Shown: piece after piece, positions 1-10,339 of the stretch
Layout of the letters: each line of letters begins with the position of its first letter
How positions within the stretch are numbered: position 1 is the first letter of the stretch
DNA from: Mesotaenium endlicherianum
Taxonomy: Eukaryota
Assembly (NCBI GenBank): GCA_009602735.1
Contig: WELA01002751.1
Coordinates: 293,764 to 327,228 of the forward strand
Length of the DNA: 33,465 bases
Direction: 5' to 3'
Program-made: the position numbers and the translations under genes
Notes under the pieces: generated by a model
What the model was told of the DNA's origin: nothing
Seen by the model: only the letters and a program-made list of their open reading frames with translations
Databases searched by the model: none

Positions 1-21
1 GGGGGGGAGGAGTGGGCCCAC

Positions 22-3000
22 CGGATGGTGCTGGCGCGCAGCGCCTCAAGGGTGTGCTCCGCGATGTCGGTGGCCGCCAGCTCATCCACGCTGCGCAGCA
101 GCACCCGCGCAACGTCCAGCGCCACGTTGCCCTGTACGCACGCACGCGAGCGCGCTCACACGCATGCATGCATGGCCGCCGCTATAGTCAGAGCCCACTA
201 CCTGGCCCTCCACCTGAACCAAAACCCTAAGCAATTAACCCTCGACCCACAACCCTACAACCTCAAGGCTTAACCGCGATATCCTCTCTGCGTACTTGTG
301 CTTCCTGATACACGCCACTCGCACTGATTCCTCCAGCGCTCTTGAGGTGCTAATGTTACTTCGCCACACGTGCTATGCGGCCAGCGGCACCTCCGTCCCC
401 TGCCTGAGAGTCTGGGGCTGCCAGATCACATGCCATGTGGCCAGCGAACTGAGGAGCAGAAGGAGATGCGGAGAGATGATGGTAAGGGGACAGGCACTCA
501 AGGGAAGACCTGCCACCTGGCGGGACAAGGAAGCTCCACAGCATGGGATAAAGCCTGCCTCCCAGCATGGATGCACCACCCCTAATACGGCGCTGCCACA
601 TAGACTGCTGGTGAAATTGAAAGTCCAGAGGGGGGCCCGGGGGAAGAGGGGGGGGGNNNNNNNNNNNNNNNNNNNNNNNNNNNNNNNNNNNNNNNNNNNN
701 NNNNNNNNNNNNNNNNNNNNNNNNNNNNNNNNNNNNNNNNNNNNNNNNNNNNNNNNNNNNNNNNNNNNNNNNNNNNNNNNNNNNNNNNNNNNNNNNNNNN
801 NNNGGGAAGAGGGGGGGGGAGGGGGCGGGAGGGGGCTGACCTGGCCGAGCACGACAGCTGTGTCGGTGGAGGTCAGGTCGACGGCCAGATGCGCCTGATC
901 TGGATGGCCGTTGTACCACCACACAAACTCCCGCGCCGACGTGATCCCTGAGAGCCCCTGCCCCGCCGCCCCCCGCCTGCTCAGTCTCTCCCTCCGCCCC
1001 GCTCTCTCTCTCCCTCTCCTCTCCCTCTCCCTGTCCCCCTCTCACGATGGGGAGGGGGCTTAACAACTCCAGTAGTGCCAGACCAAGCCCACCCCTCCTT
1101 GAACTGAGCATGAGCCGAGATTGAAGTTCAACCTCGTCACAACGTGCAGAGGGTACCAGCGCAAGCTCCATCCCGAGGGAGAGGAAACAGGTCGTTGTGG
1201 GCTTCAGGAATCAAGGTTGAGGGTGCCAAGGGCACCAAAAGCAAGGGACGGGACACATGGACTCAATGATGCATCCCTGGCTGGCCCCAGCCGCCATAGG
1301 CAGGAGGAGGGGGCGTCCGCTGTGCGCCCCTCCGGGCAGGTGACACCGGCACGTTTCTATTCCTCCCCCGTGCTCCTTCCCCGCCGCCGCCTCGGTGTGG
1401 CCCGCCGCGGAACGTGAAAGGGAGGCAACGATGACAGCACGAACTCACGGAGACAGGGATCGAGCCGCACGCTGTGCGCAATCTCTCACATGCATGGCCC
1501 GTGGATACACCCGCCCAGCCCAACATCTGAATGTGGTTGTCGTCGAGCCTAAGACGCTAGAGCGAGGACGAGACCGGTTTTTTTGGGGGGGGGGGGGGGG
1601 GGNNNNNNNNNNNNNNNNNNNNNNNNNNNNNNNNNNNNNNNGGGGGGGGGGGGGGGGTGAGTTGGCCATGTTGTGGGATCGGCCGTGACCAAGGCTAACC
1701 AAGCAGCCAGCCGGTCCAAATAGGTCAGATGCATGCGGAGGTCGATGCCGGATAGGGAGGGAGGGAGGAAGGGGAGGAGGGAGAAGGGAGGGTGGGAGAG
1801 AGAGAGAGAGGGAAGGGAGAGCGCGTGCAAGCGCACCTCTCCAGGGATGCCAAGTGTGCGGTCCCCCTCCGCGCCGTACGCCAGTATGACCTGCAGGTAA
1901 GTACGCACGCGTGCCCACACGTGCGTGTGTGATTGGGCATGTGAGTGTGCGTGCGCGCGCGCCGGGAGGGGGGGCTGCAGGGGGGGGCAGGCAGGCAGCA
2001 GATCTTGGAGCAACACAAGCGCACGCGCGCACGGAACACCTACCGGGAAAAGGATTGCTTGAGCGAGCTTCGGCATAATTGGCACGTCAAAAGACCACAG
2101 AGGCCGAGGGGCTGGGGTTTATTAACCGAGTTGAGAAGTTGGTGCAAGAGCGACCGCGAAAGGCGTACACGTGCGTGTGCACATGCACGCCTGAGGCAGT
2201 GAGTTCATTGGCTGGCTGCACGCGCGCCACAGGCGCCCCCGCAAGCACGCAACTGCCGCGCAGCAGCAGCAGCAGCAGCACTCAAGGCGAGGTTGACTAC
2301 GGGGGAATGAGAGAGGGAGAGCACTCGGAAATCCGGCAGACCAGCACACAAGTTTGCGATGTAACGTGTCTGCCTGCTGTGACCAGTCAATAGGAGCAGA
2401 AAACAGAGCCAGCTCAGCATCGCTTGAAGAGCTCCAGAGCCGATGTAGACTGCAATACAGCTGGCCCTCTGTTCAAATGCCACCTGGAGGGCTTCCGGTC
2501 CTCCACGTATATATGTCGAGGGGAGACCTAGAAGATTCTTATCGTCGTAATGCTGCGACCCACACCACTATGGCTAGATGAGCATGGGTAACCAGCCTGG
2601 ACTCAAAGCACTGAGTTAACAAATATCCGCTTTTGTCTAAAGGGTACAGCTTACTGAATCCATCCATAACTATGCAGGCCACGGCCAAGGAGGTTTACAC
2701 CCAAGTAACAGACCCACACCACAAAAAAACCTACAGAGGCAAGGATGGCAGGCTTTTCGCCTTCCCATCCTTGCCTTAGGCGGATATGTAAATAGGCTGC
2801 GAAAGTTAACCAAGTAACTAAGGCCCAGACTTCTTTAGAAGAGCAGAGTTGCGGGGGTTATTAAAGTGAAGCGCGGGGTGGTCACACACGTGTATGGGAG
2901 GAGGAGGCTCGGTCCAAGAGTGGAGAGAGAGCAGGAGCAGGGTTGAGTCAGGCGGAGGCAAGGCCGGGTGCCAGCAGGGATGGTCGCGATTACCCCGTGG

Positions 3001-4516
3001 TACAGCTGGCGGAGCTCGGCAAGCGACACATCAGCCCCCAGCGTGACGTTACCAAAGAAGTTGCAGCGGTCCCCGCTGGCCACGCGGGTGAACTGATTTG
3101 TGACAATCTGCTCGGAGAGAGAGCACGGTAGCAGACAGCCAGACACCTGTGATGAGCACAGGCATGCAAACCTCCGCCAGTTTCTCTGTCTCCAGCCCAA
3201 GTCGGGCCCACACTTCACAGGGCTCAAATGCAGGCAGAGGCAGAGGCAGAGGCGGAGGCGGCGGCACCCGTCCATCCTTTGCTGAGGGCGCATGTCTGTG
3301 GCTTGGAAGCTCTATAACAAGTGGTTCCAATGGGCGCACACACGCACCTCGCACACACACCCGGCATAAACACGCAAACAAGCTACGCATACACAAACGC
3401 ACGTGTATGCACGCGCACGTGCACACACGTGCACACACACACACAAGTGGACGGAAGTGCACACGTGCACACACACGCATGCAGGCCCGCACACACGCAG
3501 AGGAAGAGAGAGAGAGAGAGAGAGAGAGGGGGGGCACCTTAGTTTCAGGGTGATCGGGGGCGACGCCGGAGCGCACGAGGCCAAAGGGGGCCGGCAGGCG
3601 CTCCAGGAGGTCCACGCGCGCCCTCTCGAAGCGCTTCAGCAGCTGCGCACCAGCAGGAGCAGGGGCTCAGCCATGGGCTGTATATGAAAGGGGAACGATT
3701 CTAGAGTGTCTGTGTACTTGTGTGTGGGCATGCATCAGCCTGCCTGTGTGCATGCATGCATGCAAGCTTGCATACAGCATTGCTCCCGCTGCACCACAAG
3801 ACTGGTGATGCAAAACCCAAAGTCAGAAGCGCCTAGAGTGAACGCTACTCTCAAAACGGCGATGCAGCACTTAGCCAGAGAGGCCTTTCCTCCAAATCCT
3901 AGCAGCAAACACAATCATGCAGACACGCCGTCTTTATGGTATTTGAAGCCAGTGCCAGCTACCCCTTTAACATCTACTGAAACCCTGCTTAAACCCTGGC
4001 CTTCAAGACCTCTCACCTGCAGGTACGTGATTGTCCTAATCAGAAACCTTTGTTTTAGTATTGGGTTCAAGTGAGGTTCATGCAATTGATGCCCTTAAAT
4101 GCTCCTTACGAAGGTTACGGGCAGCCCCCTACTCCATTCGTCGAGGCCACTTCAGCTCAAGGAGATCAGAGAGCTCTGAAAGTGCTCTATACCTTCTCGG
4201 CCGTGTAAAAGCCAGCTGGACCACTGCCAACGACACAGAAGTGCAGATCTTGATTGTCTGCTGACGCTGCTGGCCTGCGACCTGTCTCACATTGACGTAA
4301 TCCCCCCCGTGATGCATCTTGCTTGCCTGTATTTGATTTCTGTTCCACCAATGCAACCAGAGGATGGTCTGTAGGCTGCTGATTTATTGTCTTTGTAGAA
4401 AAATGATTGACGTACACGTGGCTTCTCCCACCCTTTAGCACATTGCTACAGAAGTTTACTTGCTTATACCGACAGACCCTTCCACTGTGTAGTATACGGA
4501 AAGCAAAGGTCCCCAT
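22..4516 (-). CDS. MFDR: NADPH:adrenodoxin oxidoreductase (mitochondrial ferredoxin reductase), 5' part; 6 exons in window, continues beyond left edge
   Basis: GT-AG exons 4516-4193, 3642-3538, 3107-2994, 1890-1837, 957-841, 131-22 splice in frame to ...[59 protein letters not shown]...FFGNVTLG...[41 protein letters not shown]...[19 protein letters not shown]. These include the FAD-binding GxGxxG and NADP-binding GxGNVA motifs of adrenodoxin reductases. The start ATG at 4516 and the presequence are inferred. Confidence 0.95.
2402..2834 (-). ncRNA. Candidate structured intronic RNA of unknown family
   Basis: Perfect 12-bp stem 2737-2748/2765-2776. Nested pairings 2623-2630/2780-2787, 2615-2620/2805-2810, 2594-2600/2825-2831. 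Further hairpins at 2402-2473 and 2485-2505. Lies directly behind the USE/TATA candidate. Confidence 0.3.
2858..2900 (-). promoter_or_regulatory. Candidate type-3 Pol III (U6-like) promoter: USE-like element plus TATA, inside MFDR intron 3
   Basis: Minus strand reads CTCCCATACAC (2900-2890; compare land-plant USE RTCCCACATCG), a 24-nt spacer, TTTAATAA (2865-2858), then 23 nt to an A at 2834. A T7 run follows at 2729-2723. Confidence 0.35.
3335..3530. repeat. Intronic (CA)n-rich and (GA)n microsatellite tract
   Basis: CACA/CACGCA runs followed by (GA)n. Similar tracts occur at about 7150-7325, 8130-8305, 10065-10095, 10305-10370 and 10770-10795. Confidence 0.85.
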
Positions 4517-5719
4517 GGGATGCAGCAATAGACATCAGAGTCTCTCTCTCACATGCACCTACGAACTACCCCCGCCACGAGGAAGTCTAGCGAGTATACC
4601 TCAAGTGCATCTAACCCACAGGCAATTTCAGAAACAAATCGCTGCATTGGCTTACACTGGTCTCGACTCTTCACTGACGGTATACGGTAGCAGAACTTCA
4701 GAGAACCGTACCGCATCGACTTCGTGTTGTTCTCTGTTGACCCTGTTTCCGTTCTCTCTCTTCACAGCTCTTCCTCGCCATTCCTCGCCCTGCATGGACT
4801 GGCGTTAAATTGGCATAGATCAGCATAGATCATCCATTATGATTGGCGTACATGGGCATACATTATGAAAATTGAAGCTCGACTGTCGGTTTACTCGTGT
4901 GCACCCCTGGTGCAATAGCGTCCTTGAATCGTCACGGTCAGGCCTTGGTCCATACGAACAACGACGTCAATTCTTTAAAAAGAATTGGTAAAAAGTCAAA
5001 CTTCATGCAGCTGCATGCAGCTCGCTCAGATCGACCTTTTCTTGAAAGCGCCACTACACCCGCCATCACTGCCAATCACATCCACTTTCCACTTCACATT
5101 TCATTTTTTCCGGCTCCTTCGGCACTGGGATGTCTCCCTTAAGTTAGAGCATGCACGACGCAACATCGTGGAACAGAGAATAACTGTATTTTCAGTCAGC
5201 ATCCGTCAGCATCCTGTGCTTCTTCTGCAGAGCGCGCCAACTGGACTTGGTGTTTCTATCAATACGTCAGCGCTGGTGAGAACTAAGAGCCTCGCCAAGT
5301 TCCCTTGAATTTCACGCAGGACCGACGAGGTTGATTGATGTAGAGGATGTACGAAGTTACAAGAATGCATTTTGGTATAATATGGAAAGAATGAGACAGT
5401 CATCCTTTCGTCTTTGGTCATGTAGGATCCATCTTTTCCTATATGCTTTATAAGGTTCTGCATTCCGCTGGTAGCTCACATTCTGCACCTAGCTTACTTT
5501 CAAGCGGCCAGCCGTGGAAGCTGCAGACGCTTTCAATTCCAATTACTACATGCTCATGCTTGGACAGGTTTTAAGTCTAAGCCACGTAACCAGTGCTCTG
5601 GTCAAATTTACGTAAATTTTAATTGACAAATAGACCTGATGGGTAATTCAGCGAGAGTGAGGCATGTACTCCGTGTTCTGGAGCTATTGGCTGCATTCAT
5701 GTTCTAAGAGAAGAACGTG

Positions 5720-7580
5720 ATGGGTGTCCTTGCAAGGGTATTCGGCAGTGAAGTCCTCCCTGGGTCAAACAGAGCTTTCTCCAGAGAGGCCCTTGTACTC
5801 GTTAGATTCGTACTCTTGCTGGTATTCCATCACATCCTTGCTGCTCCATATCACCCTACCCTCATTTGCCCTTTCGTACGTCCATCTTGACCCAGGCTTG
5901 TCTATATGTGTCAATCTGTAAGAGGAGAACTGCACGTACAGCATGTGTGAAGGGAGTGCTGCTGGTTCGAGAGCTGCCTGGATGTGCCTGAGCCGTACAC
6001 CATCTGCGGTAGTCATATTTCAAAAAGATATGGAGCACATGCCTGAGCATTTCTGCATCTCCGGGAAGAGAAGTAGTCAGGCAGCCCAGCTGACTGTAGT
6101 CCATCGAGTGCTGCCTTCTCTCGCCCTCTCTCCTATCTGCGTGTGTCTCTGCCCAATCGAGCAGGTCCTCAGCCTGGGCCTCTCTGTCATTGCATGGAGG
6201 CACTATGGCAGCGCGTCGCAAACGGCGGCGCTTACTTCTCTCCTGCAGACCAAGTGGTGGTGGTCCGCCCTCGCCCTCCCGGAGGGGGGCCTGGGGGGAG
6301 CCACATCCCCTGCTGAGCCTAACGATGGGAATATCAGCAAGAGCTGCCCTGCATGGTTCTCGCACATCAAGAGCGACCTGCAGCCATGGGAGGAGAGGGG
6401 GGGCATCCGGAAGCCGGCGGTCGAGAACGCACGTCTGAACGGGGCCTCGTTCCGCCTGCAGATCATCAACGGCAGCCTCTACGTGCAGCACTTTGCGGTG
6501 CGCCACCTGTCGCCTCGGAGTCGCCCGCTTCTCTTCCTGGACCTACATACCTCGGTTGTTGGTTTGACTGGCTGCCTCTACATGGCCCGGGCCTGGGCGT
6601 GCTCTCTGAGCTGACAGGGTCCGACTCTACGCTGGGGCTGGGGCTGCCCAAGAGGATGAGCTGCAAGGGGCATCTATGGCGGGGCATGGTGGGACCAGGG
6701 CAGGTAGCATGTGGGCACAGACACACTGCTCGGCAGCTTATGACGGGCCACCCGCGCGTCCAGAGAGTTTGCTTTTCGCCAGCACACACAGGCTTAGATT
6801 GTGCCTGAAGGGGGCAAGAGCGGGTGGTACGAGGGAGGGAAGCGGAAGAGGGGGGGGGGCAAGGGGGGGGGATGTAAGCTGCTTGTGTATTCATGTTACG
6901 GTGCTTGTGAAGCCACGAGCTACGCCACGTGGAGCGTCTGCGCGCGTCGATAGCCCGAAAGAGCAGCCGGCGCCTCACGCATCTGCGCTTCCTGGCGTGA
7001 TCCGCAGTGTCGGTTCTTGTGGGCTTTGACTGCTGATGGGCTGCTGTTGCGCATGGGCAGCCGTGCTATCAGACGAGGGCCATGTTCACCATCTGGGGCG
7101 TCCTGCAGCTGCTGGACAGGTGTGTCCCCCCTTCTCTTTCTCTCTCCACATGCATGCGTGTGCGTGCAAGCCTCTGTGTGTGCACGCGTGCGTGTGGGCT
7201 GTGTGGGTGTTGTGGGTGTATATGTGCGCATCTTTTGTGTTCGTGTGCGTGTGGGCGTGTGTGTGGCTTTGTGTTTGCGTGTGCGCTTGTGCGTGTGTGC
7301 ACGCGCGTGCACGTGTGTCCGCGTGTACTTTTCCAACTGCACCAAGAGCTCCTCTGGTGGCTTTCTCGTGCTGAGGCCTCTGGGGTCAGCTGTGCTCCGG
7401 TCAGTATGGGGAGCTGGCGTGGAATCTCGACCACTCTGCTTGAGCCTAGCAGCTCCTCGTCTCTCTACCTTTTCCGTCTGCCTCGCAGGGACTGAGGGCC
7501 CGGTGGAAGGATGTCCTTCACCTAAAACAGGAAAAAGGGCTTGGACAATGTGTGTGACGATGTGCGGAAACATGCAGTGC

Positions 7581-7614
<34 letters not shown>

Positions 7615-8561
7615 AGCCCGAGTGAGGTGGACTCGCTTGCTTGAGCCCGAGCCGATACTTTCTCTCCCGTTCCTCATCCCACTTTGAGGCGCCATTCTGA
7701 CGCTCTCTCTGACTCCGTGGCCAGGTACGGGGGCCAAGTGCCAGATGTCGAGCTCATGTTGGAGTGCAACGATGGGCCCCGCATCTCCAGAGACGCCCTC
7801 AGAAAGGCGAAGCAGCAGCCGCAGGAGCCGCAGCAGCAGCAAGAGGAGGACGAGGAGAAGGACCCCCCCCTCATGCTCAAGTACTGCACCACGGCACGCC
7901 ACCTGCACGCGGTGTGGCCAGACTGGTCCTNTAGCCCGAAAGAGCAGCCGGCGCCTCACGCATCTGCGCTTCCTGGCGTGATCCGCAGTGTCGGTTCTTG
8001 TGGGCTTTGACTGCTGATGGGCTGCTGTTGCGCATGGGCAGCCGTGCTATCAGACGAGGGCCATGTTCACCATCTGGGGCGTCCTGCAGCTGCTGGACAG
8101 GTGTGTCCCCCCTTCTCTTTCTCTCTCCACATGCATGCGTGTGCGTGCAAGCCTCTGTGTGTGCACGCGTGCGTGTGGGCTGTGTGGGTGTTGTGGGTGT
8201 ATATGTGCGCATCTTTTGTGTTCGTGTGCGTGTGGGCGTGTGTGTGGCTTTGTGTTTGCGTGTGCGCTTGTGCGTGTGTGCACGCGCGTGCACGTGTGTC
8301 CGCGTGTACTTTTCCAACTGCACCAAGAGCTCCTCTGGTGGCTTTCTCGTGCTGAGGCCTCTGGGGTCAGCTGTGCTCCGGTCAGTATGGGGAGCTGGCG
8401 TGGAATCTCGACCACTCTGCTTGAGCCTAGCAGCTCCTCGTCTCTCTACCTTTTCCGTCTGCCTCGCAGGGACTGAGGGCCCGGTGGAAGGATGTCCTTC
8501 ACCTAAAACAGGAAAAAGGGCTTGGACAATGTGTGTGACGATGTGCGGAAACATGCAGTGC

Positions 8562-8595
<34 letters not shown>

Positions 8596-10302
8596 AGCCC
8601 GAGTGAGGTGGACTCGCTTGCTTGAGCCCGAGCCGATACTTTCTCTCCCGTTCCTCATCCCACTTTGAGGCGCCATTCTGACGCTCTCTCTGACTCCGTG
8701 GCCAGGTACGGGGGCCAAGTGCCAGATGTCGAGCTCATGTTGGAGTGCAACGATGGGCCCCGCATCTCCAGAGACGCCCTCAGAAAGGCGAAGCAGCAGC
8801 CGCAGGAGCCGCAGCAGCAGCAAGAGGAGGACGAGGAGAAGGACCCCCCCCTCATGCTCAAGTACTGCACCACGGCACGCCACCTGCACGCGGTGTGGCC
8901 AGACTGGTCCTTCTGGGGCTGGTACGCTGCTGCACCCCCCGTCACCCCTTCTATGCCCGCTGCTCGTGCTGCAGCTCGAGTGCCCTCTTTGAGAATGCAC
9001 AGCCACTTCCTGTGTGTGGGCGCGCGTGTGAGTGTGTGTGTCCCCCGGGGNNNNNNNNNNNNNNNNNNNNNNNNNNNNNNNNNNNNNNNNNNNNNNNNNN
9101 NNNNNNNNNNNNNNNNNNNNNNNNNNNNNNNNNNNNNNNNNNNNNNNNNNNNNNNNNNNNNNNNNNNNNNNNNNNNNNNNNNNNNNNNNNNNNNNNNNNN
9201 NNNNNNNNNNNNNNNNNNNNNNNNNNNNNNNNNNGGGGGGAGAGAGCATGTTCCGGACTTGGAGCAATGACTGGTGGGTGGCTGCTGCTTGCGAGGCTCG
9301 TGACATTCAGGACGAGGCTGCCCTGGCCTCCCCTCTGCATGCGACTGCCGGAGAAGCGCGGGGCATACTCCGCCGGGGCAGTCTTTCCACTAGCAGCACA
9401 AGAGCAGATGCTCCCACTCAATGGGCCCTCTCGCTAGCGTAGTCACCCTCCCTCCCTGCCGGTTTTGGTTGGAGCTCTACGCTGACAAGAGCCCTTCTGA
9501 GGGCTGAAGAGGGCTGGGGGGGGTAAGGGGCGTGGAGGGGACAGGACGGATCGTCTGTTACTTTTTACTTCTAACGGGCTTGTGACTCCCGCGCATGCTG
9601 AAGCAGACATGAGTGTTCCTTCAATGTGGGGCATGTGAATGAATATCTTGGCAGATCTAGAGGAATGCAGCATTGTGCAATTGGGAGGTCAGTGTGCAGC
9701 ATGCTCGCCATGCCAGCTGGCTGAGATCGACACGTCTGCATGTGTGGCACGCCCTGCTCCGGCGACACGTGGCGCGTCCTGAGCAGGCCGGAGGTGAAAA
9801 TCCAGGAGTGGGAGACAACAAGGAGCAAGATCATGACGGCAGCGGCGCGGCTGCCGTGGGCCCAGCGCAAGCCCCTTGCCTTCTGGAAGGGGGCCATGTG
9901 GGTGGCGCCAGCTGTCAGGAAGCCGGTGGTGGAGTGCTGCGACGCCCCCCGCCACAAGTGGGGCGTGGAGAGCTACAACACGCAGTGGCTGGAGGAGCTC
10001 GACTCACCCGCTGCGCGCCTGGAGAATCAGTGCGGCCACAGGTGAGCACGCGAGCGCGTGCATGAGGACACACATACACACACACACACAGCGTGTGCAT
10101 GCATGTGCCGCCGCCAATGCGAGACCGCGTGCCATGTACCCCCGCACCTGTCGGGGGTCTGTTGTGACAGGTGGAGGCTGGACGTGCGCGTGTGTGCGTG
10201 TGAGCGTATGTTCACGCGGCAAAACTTGAAGCTTGTATTAGAGGAGGATGTGTAGACCTCAATCTTCTGAAGTCATTTGGGCCCTGCTTCAAGGTGCTTG
10301 TG

Positions 10303-10339
<37 letters not shown>

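Noticed and set aside
214..266. Telomere-like AAACCCTAA/AACCCT run as a telomerase RNA template or interstitial telomere
   Set aside because: A short degenerate intronic run with no promoter, pseudoknot or regular array.
2690..2722. GGTGTGGGTCTGTTACTTG...TAAACCT resembling the 5' region of plant telomerase RNA
   Set aside because: There is no template longer than one telomere repeat, and it lies just after a T7 run.
2505..2865. HEARO/IscB omega-RNA-like words (TGTCGAGGGGAGAC; TAATAACCCCCG)
   Set aside because: The two words are on opposite strands and no IscB, TnpB or Fanzor ORF is nearby.
5206..6016. Protein-looking antisense ORFs (5206-5463, 5765-6016)
   Set aside because: No recognisable motifs. 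The region is explained by the 5'UTR, first exon (5720-5821) and intron of the plus-strand GT90 gene.
6951..8911. Apparent tandem exon duplication in the GT90 gene
   Set aside because: The copies are identical even across microsatellites and are joined by a single N, which is typical of an unmerged contig overlap. Read depth or long reads would settle it.
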